From the NCBI GenBank assembly GCA_965223665.1, contig OZ245011.1, positions 2,208,001 to 2,272,000 of the forward strand: 64,000 bases of DNA, in the 5' to 3' direction. The DNA is from Nitrospinaceae bacterium (GTDB taxonomy: Bacteria > Nitrospinota > Nitrospinia > Nitrospinales > Nitrospinaceae). The notes under the pieces were generated by a model. It did not search any database, was not told where the DNA came from, and was given only the letters and a program-made list of their open reading frames with translations. A program made the position numbers and the translations under genes. This document shows, one piece after another, positions 1 to 10,360 of this stretch. Each line of letters begins with the position of its first letter. Within the stretch, counting starts at the first letter, position 1.

Positions 1-2
1 AT

Positions 3-383
3 GGCTTTCATCTACTCAATATTTTTGCAGATGATCTCGACCTTTTAAACACCACGCAGAAAAAAACTTTAGTGAAAACCTTAAAAGAGATTTATCCTCA
101 GCTGGAAGATTCGGCAACCTGCGTCGTGGCCAGTGAAATTGTGATTGAGGTCATGAGCCCTGAAGACGCCTGGGAAACTCTGAAACTTTGGATGGCCGAC
201 AGCCACCCTGCAGCTCGGGAAATCCTTCCTTATGCGTTAAGTTATTTTTACGATGAGTGTTCCCATGAAACTTTAAGAAAACGGATTTTAACCTCTCTTA
301 AAAAAATGACAACCGACCCTAATCCAAACGTTCAACTGGAAGCCGAGTTCAATTTAAAAATGCTGACCCATAAGTATTCTTAA
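3..383 (+). CDS. HEAT-repeat-like hypothetical protein, 5'-partial
   Basis: The frame of ORF 72..383 is open back to the window start; C-terminal DPNPNVQLEA resembles a HEAT repeat. Confidence 0.55.
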   Translation, partial: GFHLLNIFADDLDLLNTTQKKTLVKTLKEIYPQLEDSATCVVASEIVIEVMSPEDAWETLKLWMADSHPAAREILPYALSYFYDECSHETLRKRILTSLKKMTTDPNPNVQLEAEFNLKMLTHKYS

Positions 384-413
384 TTTTCGAAAATTTTTTA
401 CATACTCTAATTC

Positions 414-731
414 TCACCTTGAATAAAACGCTATAAAACCACCAACATAGGCCAGAATTCCTACTAAGTTCAAACCCACTCCCAAACCTTTGTATTTTTC
501 TTTACTTTTAAGAGCTGTAATTAATCCAGTGAATAAGAAAATTAAAGATGCTAAAAACATTAACCACAAAAATACTGTAGCCCATAATACGCTTGAATGA
601 CTTCCCCAATTAAAATTTAAATTAGCGTACACAATTAAAACACCCGTTAAAATTAGCCCAACGCTTAAACTAAAGTACTTCACCGATAACGGAAGTTTTC
701 CTAGGCTTGGATTTTCTAGGTTATTTCGCAT
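414..731 (-). CDS. Small membrane protein (3 hydrophobic segments)
   Basis: 105-aa ORF filling the gap between neighbours; hydrophobic helices. Confidence 0.6.
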   Translation of the reverse strand: MRNNLENPSLGKLPLSVKYFSLSVGLILTGVLIVYANLNFNWGSHSSVLWATVFLWLMFLASLIFLFTGLITALKSKEKYKGLGVGLNLVGILAYVGGFIAFYSR

Positions 732-850
732 TGAAACAGTCTCGCACGTTTTCCTGTAAATTTCTGGTAAAATAATTACTGGAAATTAACTCAGGGTCGC
801 AGCATGAGTCCTGAACGTTTTTTGCGATCGATCAAAACCTGTGGGTCGTT

Positions 851-1099
851 ATGCAAATATTCATTACAATTCTGGCTACCTTTTTTCTTGTATTGGGTTT
901 TTATTTTGTGAATACCCAAGGCCCGGATGCTTTTTCCTTCATGTTGTATTCTATGGAATGCGGTCTCCTGGCGGCGGTCTTTTATTCGTACAATCTTAAA
1001 AAAGTCCAAGGTGGGTTTAGAGTTGCAATGTACGTGGGAATTGTTTTAGCCAGTATCCAGTTCCTCTATTCACTCCTGATGTTTATTTTAATGGCATAA
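851..1099 (+). CDS. Small membrane protein
   Basis: 82-aa hydrophobic ORF with ATG start. Confidence 0.6.
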   Translation: MQIFITILATFFLVLGFYFVNTQGPDAFSFMLYSMECGLLAAVFYSYNLKKVQGGFRVAMYVGIVLASIQFLYSLLMFILMA

Positions 1100-1462
1100 A
1101 AATTATTCCGGATGGTGCCATCAGAGGAACCCAAAACTCTCCCTGTACCCAGCGCGAACATGTCCATTGAAATCCGAGTTCCTCTTCCCTGCAAAGACAT
1201 AAATTAATTTCGCATTCAAACAGTATCGCATCCCGCTCCCAAAATTCCAACCTGCCTAAACGAAAAGGTTTGTAAAACCGCCTCCTAACCATCCCCCCTT
1301 GCTATTCAACCTATTTTGTCTGACACTGAAATTATCGAGATAAACATCACAATAATTTTGGGAATCGCCAAAACCCTTGGCGTGGGTTTCAAGTCTTTTT
1401 TCTGCAGAAAGTAAAACCCGCCCCCAAGGACCACAGCCCTTCTCTCTAAATGGAGGTGTCTT

Positions 1463-1789
1463 ATGACATGTCGCATTTCTTCGAACCTGGGTTTCATCAA
1501 ATCCTGGATCCTTTACCAGTTGGCAGAGGAAAACTCTCCTCAAAAAGAAAGTCTGTTATGGACGGAAGAAAAAATGAAAGCCATGGTGACTTCGGAACCT
1601 GAACTGGCCCTCAGAACTTTCGGCGATATTTTAAAACTGGATTCCAGTGATCCGATCTGCACCTGTCTTGCCAACGGCCCTTTACACGAGTTTTTAGTTT
1701 TGCATGGAAATCAATTTACGAAACAACTGGATGAACTGGCTCACAAAAATGAAAAGTTTAAACAATTGCTGAGCAGCGCTTGTCATTAG
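1463..1789 (+). CDS. DUF6869-like protein, paralog of 2288..2653 (C-terminally shorter)
   Basis: Shares WILYQxAEExSP, EPELAL, ILKLD, LAxGPL, FxVLHG with 2288..2653; GGAGG upstream of the start. Confidence 0.65.
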   Translation: MTCRISSNLGFIKSWILYQLAEENSPQKESLLWTEEKMKAMVTSEPELALRTFGDILKLDSSDPICTCLANGPLHEFLVLHGNQFTKQLDELAHKNEKFKQLLSSACH

Positions 1790-1809
1790 ACTGCACCCAA
1801 CATTAAAGG

Positions 1810-2043
1810 ATGCCTTTCCATTTAATTTCGATCGCCGAGGTTATATTAGAAATCATCTCTTCTTTTCTCTGGCTTTACCGCGGGTGGGCGTTTTTAATTT
1901 CCTCGAAATACAGAACGTCCTGCTTACAGGAGTGGAAAAAGTCGAGCCTTCTCTGGAAATTTTTTGATGTCCTTCTTACCCTGGTTTTTTTCATCGCGGA
2001 ATGGGTATTGCTTTATGATTTATTTAAATTACTTCTGATATAG
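1810..2043 (+). CDS. Small membrane protein
   Basis: 77-aa ORF with two hydrophobic segments. Confidence 0.5.
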   Translation: MPFHLISIAEVILEIISSFLWLYRGWAFLISSKYRTSCLQEWKKSSLLWKFFDVLLTLVFFIAEWVLLYDLFKLLLI

Positions 2044-2287
2044 AGTTTCCCCTTCAATCAGGTAGCTCAAATCCCATCCTTCCCTATTTCCATAATTCTA
2101 CCCACACTGAAACTTATTGAAAAAAAATGGCTTTAAATCAATATCTTGCCTTTTCCGATATTTTATTCGATAATAAAAATAGTCTTTATAGGGTGCGTCT
2201 TGAGGGGAGATGGGCCATTTGGACCTTTTGAAACAAAGGTTCCTGGGACATCACCGGACCCCTGATTAAACACACCACCACATTCAA

Positions 2288-2653
2288 ATGAACACGAAGT
2301 TTATTCACGCTTGGATTCTTTACCAGATGGCGGAGGAGAAATCTCCTAACCAGGAAAAATACTATTGGGCCGAGGAAAAAATGCAAAACCTCGTTTCCTT
2401 TGAACCTGAACTGGCCCTGGTCACTTTTTTAAATATTTTAAAACTGGATGTCAGCGAGCGAGTGCTTTCTTATCTGGCAACAGGTCCTTTGTTAGATTTT
2501 TTTGTTCTTCATGGATCCAAGTTTATTAGCTACGCAGAAGAACGGGCTCAAAACAATCCCAAGTTTAAGGAATTGTTACGCCATATGGATCAAAATACAA
2601 TTTCCGAAAACGTTTGGAAACGCATCGTCTCATTGAGAAGTGAGGATGAATAA
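2288..2653 (+). CDS. DUF6869-like putative immunity protein
   Basis: LAxGPLxxF...HG..FI...E..A..NP.F..LL and C-terminal VWKRI motif. Confidence 0.7.
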   Translation: MNTKFIHAWILYQMAEEKSPNQEKYYWAEEKMQNLVSFEPELALVTFLNILKLDVSERVLSYLATGPLLDFFVLHGSKFISYAEERAQNNPKFKELLRHMDQNTISENVWKRIVSLRSEDE

Positions 2654-2785
2654 ATCTATTGACGCCCAGATGAAAGGGTAGAAGAAGAAACCTGACTTTC
2701 AACCCCATTTGTTTGTAAGTATCACCACTAAACTACGATTTTTATGAAAACTTTTCTGTCCACTCATCCAAACCGTATTCAAAGT

Positions 2786-3412
2786 ATGGACAAGAAAACT
2801 GAATTCAAAAACCTGATCACCGAAGCGTATTTCTTACTGAAGAAATTCGGTTTTAAAAAGCGGAAGGAAACGTTTTATCTTTTACAGGATGACAATTGGG
2901 GACTGATCAATTTTCAGACCAGTCAAAAAAGTTGTCAGTCGGAAATCATTTTTACCCTCAACGTCGGCATCATGTCGCGCAGACTGTATCAATTTTTAGA
3001 ATCGAAAGCACTGCCCGATTTTCCACCCTTGCTGGATTGCCATTTACAACAGCGTGCGGGAATCTTATTGCCGGAGCGCGGCGACAAGTGGTGGCTCCTC
3101 AACGCAAACCATTCCACAAAAGATTGCTTCACTCAAATTAAAACCGCTTTGGAAAAATGGATCACTCCTTACCTTCAAAAAAATATGACGGATTCTAATT
3201 TGATTGAGCTGTGGGAAGACGGCACCTCCCCGGGTTTGACGGAGTTTGGACGGCTCCTGAACCTGTTAATTTTAAAAACACTCACGCTCACAAATCCGGA
3301 CACTGCACCTCTGATTTCTCAATTGAAAAAAGAGGCAAAAGATAAACCCATGGAAGACTATTTAGACACAGTGTTAAAAAAACTCAAACATTTTGAAGAC
3401 AGTCAAACTTGA
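2786..3412 (+). CDS. DUF4304-like protein
   Basis: LKKFGFKKRK.TFY...INFQ.S...FTLNVGI pattern; start MDKKTEF chosen over upstream ATG 2744. Confidence 0.7.
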   Translation: MDKKTEFKNLITEAYFLLKKFGFKKRKETFYLLQDDNWGLINFQTSQKSCQSEIIFTLNVGIMSRRLYQFLESKALPDFPPLLDCHLQQRAGILLPERGDKWWLLNANHSTKDCFTQIKTALEKWITPYLQKNMTDSNLIELWEDGTSPGLTEFGRLLNLLILKTLTLTNPDTAPLISQLKKEAKDKPMEDYLDTVLKKLKHFEDSQT

Positions 3413-3486
3413 ACAATCCTTTCCTGTCGCATCCGTTTTACCCACGGCCATTTTGAATTATTTGCGGACAAGAGGAACATTCCTTT

Positions 3487-3915
3487 ATGGATAAGATACA
3501 TTTCCAACTGGGTAACGTAAATCAAATTCACCAACCCAATTTTCATGACTCCCACCTTTATAAACTGGAATTCATGGAAGACGCCGTCGAGCTGGGTTTC
3601 AGGCTGGCGGACGGTGCGTTGTATCGCCTTCTCCTCTCAGGAAAGGTCGTCTTTAAAGGAAACGGTCTCAGAGAAGGAAATATTATTTTCAATATTACGA
3701 TTGAAGAAGGGGAGAACGCAGACCTGTCCCTGTTGAATGAAATTTTAGATATCCGTCCCGATACCACTATTAAGCAACAACACAATTATTTGCAGAATAC
3801 CCGGGATCAAGTTAAGAAAAAACAACTCAAGGTCATTTATATCAGCCCGTCCTATGGGGCAGAAATCATGGCTCTGTGTAAAACCATCGAAGTGTTTCCG
3901 GTGGAACCTGAGTGA
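3487..3915 (+). CDS. Hypothetical protein (immunity-like, FHD...GNII...PSYGAE)
   Basis: 142-aa ORF with upstream AGAGG. Confidence 0.65.
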   Translation: MDKIHFQLGNVNQIHQPNFHDSHLYKLEFMEDAVELGFRLADGALYRLLLSGKVVFKGNGLREGNIIFNITIEEGENADLSLLNEILDIRPDTTIKQQHNYLQNTRDQVKKKQLKVIYISPSYGAEIMALCKTIEVFPVEPE

Positions 3916-3927
3916 GTTTGTTTAAAA

Positions 3928-4374
3928 ATGGGAATTAATCAGACCATAAAAAACAACCGAATTCGAAAAGGATTAAGTGAAGAAGAACTGGCACAAAAAA
4001 TCGGGCTCACTCTTATGGAATATCACGACATAGAAGCCTACCCCGACGAAATAAAAACCGTGACTCATTTAAAAGAAGTAAGACTTTTATGTAAGGCCTT
4101 GGACATAAATTTATTGGATCTACTTGGAGTGGGTGAAAAATTTAGAGATGAAAAGGATTCCATTCCCCGCAATCAACTTATCCAAAGATCCAGAGAAAAC
4201 TTAAATCTATCCAGGGAAGAATTAGCAGATAAAATCGGATTCGAAAAAATTACGGTGCAAGAGATTGAAAATGATGAAAGCTTTTTGGAGCAATGGTCCA
4301 TTGAACTCATATCCAATCTCGCTAGGGAATTATATCTTCCCATTGAGCGTCTTTTGAATAAAAAGAGTAACTAA
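3928..4374 (+). CDS. XRE-family regulator with two tandem HTH domains
   Basis: Two copies of LS.EELA.KIG......IE. Confidence 0.85.
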   Translation: MGINQTIKNNRIRKGLSEEELAQKIGLTLMEYHDIEAYPDEIKTVTHLKEVRLLCKALDINLLDLLGVGEKFRDEKDSIPRNQLIQRSRENLNLSREELADKIGFEKITVQEIENDESFLEQWSIELISNLARELYLPIERLLNKKSN

Positions 4375-4375
4375 A

Positions 4376-4840
4376 ATGAACCGTTATACCTATGACACCT
4401 TTTCCAATATTGAAGGAGAGTTGTATCAATCCCTTCTCCATGTGGGAATGCAGTTTGCTAATCAGGGGGGATTTGTAATTCGGTCTCAGGGAGAGACGAT
4501 TAATCAAGTGCTGGAGGAATTTTTACCCTACTTCATCGAAGACTCCCTGCAATCCGCCTGGCCCGGAACCCAGTTGACTTCGAGCCAGGAAAGAGTGATC
4601 CTCTTTGAATTGAACCCAACCACTTTGGAATTGCTACAGCAAAACTCAAACTCTATTTTTTCCTGGATCCTACCGGACCTTCCTGAAGATTTATTTTTAT
4701 TGAGAGAAGACGGCACTCCCTGGATGGGTTCCGTAGCGCACGAGGAATACATCTTTTTTGAATTCACCGAGGAAGAATCCCGAATATTTTTTGAAGAATT
4801 CCCCACTCTCAAAAAACGCCTCACCAAATACAATCGTTAA
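4376..4840 (+). CDS. Hypothetical protein (WPGT...LPEDL...DG...SVAHE family)
   Basis: 154-aa ORF starting 1 nt after the upstream stop. Confidence 0.75.
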   Translation: MNRYTYDTFSNIEGELYQSLLHVGMQFANQGGFVIRSQGETINQVLEEFLPYFIEDSLQSAWPGTQLTSSQERVILFELNPTTLELLQQNSNSIFSWILPDLPEDLFLLREDGTPWMGSVAHEEYIFFEFTEEESRIFFEEFPTLKKRLTKYNR

Positions 4841-4961
4841 CGGGAATTCACTCACCAAAGAGACTTCCTTATTCCCACTCCCCCTTGCCTTTTTTGAAAC
4901 TCTGTTTGATACTAAAACTAGATTATTTTGCTTGGATACGTTTCATCAAGGATTAGTTTTT

Positions 4962-5282
4962 ATGAACATCAAAACTATGTACCCGCTAACCCTCAAAAAC
5001 ATTGGCATTGATCTCCTGATCCTTGGGTTGTGCGCCACGTCCATTTTAATTGCGAGAAACAATACGGAGTCTCCGGCTCCCATGTGGCATTTCTATTTGA
5101 TGGTTTTTGCCGGTGGGGTGTTTTTATTTCGCTGGACTTATTTGTCCTACGCCTACTTTTATGGAAAGAACCAGCCGTCGCACCAAAGTTTATTTTTCAA
5201 AGCGCATCGTGCTTTTATGACCCTAGGAGCCGTATTGGCCTGCGGTATGTACTTCACCTTTATATTTATATTTTTGCTTTAA
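4962..5282 (+). CDS. Membrane protein
   Basis: Three hydrophobic segments; ATG 4962 follows AAGGA and avoids overlap with the upstream gene. Confidence 0.55.
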   Translation: MNIKTMYPLTLKNIGIDLLILGLCATSILIARNNTESPAPMWHFYLMVFAGGVFLFRWTYLSYAYFYGKNQPSHQSLFFKAHRAFMTLGAVLACGMYFTFIFIFLL

Positions 5283-5300
5283 GCACTCTATACATTAAAA

Positions 5301-5564
5301 ATGAACCACAAATATATGAAGCCTATTTCAACAATTGTTTTGGTATTGCTAGTGGGATACGGATGCATCCGCAGTTACGCAAGCCTTTCCAAAGGATATC
5401 CTTGGGAAGAAATGGATTGGAATAACAATGGGTCCACGTCTCCCTGGGAATTTTTACAAGCGAGTGACATAGGAATGCGACAAGTCAAAAGAAACGGAAG
5501 CAACTGCAAAGAGTATTACGCCTATAAAGATGGGTTAACCCTAAAACAGGATTGCGATTTATAA
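5301..5564 (+). CDS. Small exported protein with EF-hand-like DWNNNGST motif
   Basis: N-terminal hydrophobic stretch; MDWNNNGSTS..E; C..YYAYKDGL. Confidence 0.65.
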   Translation: MNHKYMKPISTIVLVLLVGYGCIRSYASLSKGYPWEEMDWNNNGSTSPWEFLQASDIGMRQVKRNGSNCKEYYAYKDGLTLKQDCDL

Positions 5565-5624
5565 ATAATGGATTGTTTTAGAATCATGATCAACTCCCTG
5601 ATCCTTGCTCAAGAATGAAGGATT

Positions 5625-6320
5625 ATGAATTACATTTTCACCTATAAAAGTATTTATATATTTTTACTGACCTTGAATCTGGCAATTTTTACAGCATTTA
5701 TGAGTAAATATCCGATAAATTGGTTTGTATTTCTTCTGTTTTCCCAAATTGCATTTTATATTGGACTCAATTCATTCATACTTTGGAAAATAAAAACTCG
5801 GCGGGTGGGTGCCTTTATTTTTAAAGTGGATCGGGCAATTTCGTTATACAGGATGACGGAAGTCATCCTTTCTGGATGCTTAATGGTCGATTATTTTCTG
5901 AAATTGGTGGAATTACGTTCTCTAGCTCCTTTCTTTTTCTTCAATCCATTATCTTTAGTTTTCGTGGAGCCGGCTATGTTAATTTTAAAACTGGACGATA
6001 GGGTTTTCTATTTCTACCTATTACTGGGAATTCTTTTTTCTCTTGAGTTGATCAATTTTAAACTTTTAAAAAAGAACCGACAGGAACTGGAAAGCACTTT
6101 AAATCCAAAAATAGAAACCATTCCTGTTTATCCCATCAAAGTAAAATACCTGGAAGACAATGAAGAGTCTCTCCATTTAGACGAAATCGATCTCACCTGC
6201 GACCTGGAGTGGATTGACAGTGAAAACCCAGAAGAACAGGTAATGGTAACCGACGCTTTGGGCCGCGAAGTGATTTTAAAAATAGAATCCTTGGAACTTC
6301 TTAAGTTTGAATTGAAGTAA
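5625..6320 (+). CDS. Membrane protein with an acidic C-terminal domain (possible fusion)
   Basis: Hydrophobic first ~150 aa, then acidic DLEW.DS...VTDALGR.V.L.IE domain. Confidence 0.55.
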   Translation: MNYIFTYKSIYIFLLTLNLAIFTAFMSKYPINWFVFLLFSQIAFYIGLNSFILWKIKTRRVGAFIFKVDRAISLYRMTEVILSGCLMVDYFLKLVELRSLAPFFFFNPLSLVFVEPAMLILKLDDRVFYFYLLLGILFSLELINFKLLKKNRQELESTLNPKIETIPVYPIKVKYLEDNEESLHLDEIDLTCDLEWIDSENPEEQVMVTDALGREVILKIESLELLKFELK

Positions 6321-6349
6321 ATATTTTTGGAATGGATGGGAAATTGCTC

Positions 6350-6478
6350 ATGAATAACGGAGAAGATCATAAATTTTTTTTAAAGATACTTTTCGCTGCA
6401 ATGCTAGTTGCCTTTATTCTAGCTTATCTCGCCCCTTTCTTAGGTGACCTGGGAATTTGGCCGACGGTAGAACAGTAG
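6350..6478 (+). CDS. 42-aa single-TM peptide (below ORF-track cutoff)
   Basis: Manual translation MNNGEDHKFFLKILFAAMLVAFILAYLAPFLGDLGIWPTVEQ*. Confidence 0.4.
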   Translation: MNNGEDHKFFLKILFAAMLVAFILAYLAPFLGDLGIWPTVEQ

Positions 6479-6543
6479 AAATAACTTATAAATATTCTAT
6501 AGCCATGAAATCAACAATGTATTTAATCTCAAATTAAACCATC

Positions 6544-7494
6544 GTGTCTCCCAAAACTATCCACAAACTAATTTCCGTTTTTTTAATCCTCGTTTTTGCT
6601 CCATGGATCTTAATCTTTTTTTTACCCAATATAAAAGTGGACTATCCTAAACCTTCTATTAAATTAGGGGGAGAGATCATCTGTGCTTGGGGAGGAATTG
6701 ATATTATTGGTTTTGATCTAAATAATTATCAGAGAGAGGATTTAAGATATTTCACAAATTATGATTCTACTCATTTCGTCCAGGATATTACCATTGGCCC
6801 TGAAAACAGTTTTTTGTTTTCCGATTTGGACGAGTGCTATTTAAGACAGGTAGATTTAAGCAATAAAGAAAAGATCCACCATGTTGGCAAAGCCTGTCAC
6901 CCGACTTATTTAAAAGATGTCGACAAACTTTTCTATTACTTACATGACAGGAAACGAGGTTGGGAGCTTTGGGTTTCTGACGGTTTGCCCATTCGAAAGA
7001 CAAAACAAATTCCTCTGGATATATCGAATCAAATTGGTCCTTATCAGGGGTATGGTGCCATAATTTCTGAGGTGGTCAGGATTTCGGCAGAGGAAATTGT
7101 ATACACTGGAAAAAATAGCCAATTAATTTCATATAATTTTATTAATGGTGAAATTAAGTTCTTTAAGATCAACGATTGCATTCCCGAGGCATGGAGAACA
7201 AAACAAAATAAGCTCGTGTGTAAAGATTTAAACCGGAGAAAAATTTCTTACTTTCAAATAGACCTTAAAACCCTGGTGAAGGAAAACCTACCGGCCCTTG
7301 AAGAATCATCAGGGCTTATTTACCTTCCACATGTGGATGGGTTTATTTTCGAAAGCCATCCGATCGAATTTTTGGAGTACATTCAAGTAATGCCTCACTG
7401 GGTGCTTTATCTTCACCGACCGGACCAACCTGTTTTACGAATCGGCTACGGATCTTTGCGCAGGGGAATTTGGGTTTCGCATGGGGTCCTCTGA
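6544..7494 (+). CDS. Membrane-anchored, possibly beta-propeller protein
   Basis: 316-aa ORF with an N-terminal TM helix and beta-rich body. Confidence 0.65.
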   Translation: MSPKTIHKLISVFLILVFAPWILIFFLPNIKVDYPKPSIKLGGEIICAWGGIDIIGFDLNNYQREDLRYFTNYDSTHFVQDITIGPENSFLFSDLDECYLRQVDLSNKEKIHHVGKACHPTYLKDVDKLFYYLHDRKRGWELWVSDGLPIRKTKQIPLDISNQIGPYQGYGAIISEVVRISAEEIVYTGKNSQLISYNFINGEIKFFKINDCIPEAWRTKQNKLVCKDLNRRKISYFQIDLKTLVKENLPALEESSGLIYLPHVDGFIFESHPIEFLEYIQVMPHWVLYLHRPDQPVLRIGYGSLRRGIWVSHGVL

Positions 7495-7719
7495 AAAAAA
7501 TTTTTTCTGCCGCACCTTTCACTTTGGATTCAGTACCGATTGGTCCACAACTCTGATTAATAACGACTTAATCGAAATTTCCCTCTAAATGCCACAATTT
7601 CAATGTTTTAAAGCAAACCGAAACTGTCACAATCCCTAAAAAACCTCTTGAATTCAATATATTTTTAATATATTCCTTCCTATATCACTAGACAATTGAG
7701 GGGAGATGGGGGCAACAGT

Positions 7720-8649
7720 ATGAGTACATTTTTTACCTTTGGGGGGAATTCGCTTGGCGGACGATTCCACCTGGGGCTTAGGGGAGAAAACCGCATGTCG
7801 GTCGCGTGGGCAGTTCACGATGGAGACACCGTTCACGTTCAACCGGAAGCCAATTTAAGCATCCGCTTTTTGGCGATCGATACTCCCGAAGTATCTTTTC
7901 AGTTTCCCGGCACCAGCAGTTTTGTCAAAATCTCTGATGAACGCTGGGCCACCTATTTGTCCGATCTGCCTCCCACGATTAACATTTCACCGGAACTCCG
8001 AGAATATTTGGCATCAAAACTAGGTCCCGATTGCGCACAGAATCATGCCACTCATGCCGAGGCGGCGCATCGTGCACTTGAACGAATCATGACCGAAGAC
8101 CTGGAGGCGCTGAACCATACGATAGAATCTTTCAAATTTTTTCTGGCGTTCGCTTACGAAGCGCTCGATACTTACGGTCGCCTTCTCGCTTACGTGCACC
8201 CGAACCAACCCAACACGGCCGCAGAAGACCGTCTGGATTCATATAATTTTCGAATGCTGGAACAGGGGCTGGCGGTTCCCTATTTTATTTTTCCGAACAT
8301 TGATCCGTTTCGGTCCCCGGGGACACTGGTCAATTCCGTGGAAGGATTACACAACCCGGGGGATATATTAACCCGCGCTCCTAAACTGAGAGAGGCCCGC
8401 GAAGCCGTGCAACGCGCACGCGCCGCTTCCGCCGGGGTGTTTAACGCAGAGAATCCCCTGCGGCTTTCCCCCTTTGAACTCCGGATGCTCGCGCGGGCAC
8501 AACTTCCCAACCGGTTTCTCATCAACCTGGGAAATCCCGAAGACAACATCCTTCATCCTCCGGGTGAGTACTTCCGCTTCGTGGAAGAAAACCGACTGTG
8601 GATTCCCGAAGAGTTCGTTCCCCTCTTTCAAGGCCACGGGTGGAATTGA
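7720..8649 (+). CDS. Thermonuclease (staphylococcal nuclease) family protein
   Basis: DGDT, IRFLAIDTPE, DTYGRLLAYV, MLEQGLA motifs. Confidence 0.85.
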   Translation: MSTFFTFGGNSLGGRFHLGLRGENRMSVAWAVHDGDTVHVQPEANLSIRFLAIDTPEVSFQFPGTSSFVKISDERWATYLSDLPPTINISPELREYLASKLGPDCAQNHATHAEAAHRALERIMTEDLEALNHTIESFKFFLAFAYEALDTYGRLLAYVHPNQPNTAAEDRLDSYNFRMLEQGLAVPYFIFPNIDPFRSPGTLVNSVEGLHNPGDILTRAPKLREAREAVQRARAASAGVFNAENPLRLSPFELRMLARAQLPNRFLINLGNPEDNILHPPGEYFRFVEENRLWIPEEFVPLFQGHGWN

Positions 8650-8650
8650 C

Positions 8651-8950
8651 CTCTAACTAGCCGTTAGAGGCAGCGGGCCAGCGCCCGCGGGCAACTTTAA
8701 TTCTCGATGACTGGCTAGCCGCCAGAGGCAACTTTATTCTTCGAAGAGTGAGTGTGTATACAGAATCCTCAGAACCCTTTCTAAAGTAAAGTTGCCCTTT
8801 AGAAAAAACTATTGAGAGAGAACGATGTACTCCCTCTTTTCCCAACCTGGCGATTGGATGCAGCAGGAATATTCATAAAGTTTCTGACCATCCCGTTGGC
8901 AGGCAAACCCATCGAAGATAAATTCTGGCAGCGAGGCCTACCCCGCGGCT
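8651..8950. repeat. Cluster of REP-like hairpins (stem-YRRC-stem-RRGCARC family)
   Basis: Hairpins at 8651, 8673, 8711, 8842; similar to 14437-14805 and 26968-27105. Confidence 0.7.
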
Positions 8951-9350
8951 TTTTTCGGGTCCAATCTATTATTTTTTTCAAGCACTTCGGAATTACGATG
9001 TTTTGGCTCAAAATTCATAATTCCCTGTTTTTGTTAATTTTAAGCTCATAGATTCCCTATATGCCAAAAAAACTTAGGAGGAATTTAAATTTATCTAACA
9101 GTTTTTAGGTGAATTCCCTATTTTCTTCAGGTAGACTGAATCCAATCCAATTAGGGTACTGGAGGGAACCCGGGTTGGTGGCGATCTTTTTTTTCGTAAA
9201 GGCTTGTTTTACGCCTAATGAGAACACAGGCCAAACACCGTTTTCATCTCCCTCTAGTGCTGCCCAGGCACGACCCTTTTTAGTCTGGCTCGATAAAAAT
9301 TTTGTTGAGGATAATCAGGGCGGATTACCTCATACCACAAAGAGACTACT

Positions 9351-10357
9351 ATGGCTGGTACTTTTATTATTTCATTTGATTGCGAGGGGAAGTGGGGAAT
9401 CTCCGATTGTCTCAAATCAAAACACAAAGACATCCTTACCAACTCCAAACTGTTTACGGCTTATAAAACATTACGGAAATTTTAGAAGACAATGAGATTA
9501 GAGCGACCTTTGCGTTTGTAGGGGCTTACACTTTAACGATTGACGAATACCTGAGTCACCCGGAGTGGTTTTCCGACCTGGGAGAAAACAGGGATCGTTG
9601 GCTTTCGGCATTTAAGAACGCGGCCCAGCAAAATGATTTTGATGGTTGGTTGAACCCGAAAGTATTTAACTGGATTGCCAAAAGACAGGAACATGAAATT
9701 GCCTCGCATGGGTTCAGTCATCTTCCTCTCGGTGAATCGGAGGTAACACAAAGTGAGTTTTGCCAAGAGATGGAACTGATTGGACAGGTGGAAAAACTCA
9801 AAAAGATTGAATTCAAAACCTTCATTTACCCGCGCAATTTAGTAGGTTATGTCGATCAACTTCGCGATTATGGATTTATCGGGTACCGGGAAAACTTAAA
9901 AAGAAAATACGACAATCCTCTGCTGAAAAATATATGCACTCTTCTGGGAGAGTTCGATCTAAATCCCATCCCGCAAAGTCATCCGGAGAGTGAAGTCCCC
10001 ATCCAAATTCCTGCGGGATACTTTTTGAACTGGCGGTACCGGCTTCGAAAAACCATTCCTCTGGAAGTCACCTACAAACGATGGACCAATTTAATTTCGC
10101 GTGCCATTCGGCAAAACAAGGTGGTGCATCTCTGGACCCATCCCAACAATTTTATTGACGGCGAAAATATGTATTTTCTTTTGGATAAAATTCTTCAATT
10201 TGTCGGTCAGGCTCAAAAGCGCGGCGAGATTGATGTTCTCACTCAAAGTGAATATTCCACCCGAAGAATTCTATTGGAAAAACCACCCACTCGGGTGGAG
10301 TCTCCCCAATTGAGTATTAAAATGGAAAATCCTTCGACCTATCCGCTGAGTTCTTAA
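9351..10357 (+). pseudogene. Polysaccharide deacetylase (NodB-like), frameshifted
   Basis: MAGTFIISFDCEGKWG from 9351 stops at 9483-9485; one extra base near the A4 run 9465-9468 joins it to ...IRATFAFVG...HEIASHGFSH...FIYPRN...HLWTHP. Confidence 0.8.
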
Positions 10358-10360
10358 CGA

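Noticed and set aside
1-7494. Integron cassette array
   Set aside because: No recurring RYYYAAC...GTTRRRY attC palindromes seen between genes and no intI
8657-9350. Several 60-130 aa ORFs in repeat-rich intergenic DNA (also 26.9-27.8 kb)
   Set aside because: They overlap REP-like elements and lack RBS or recognisable motifs
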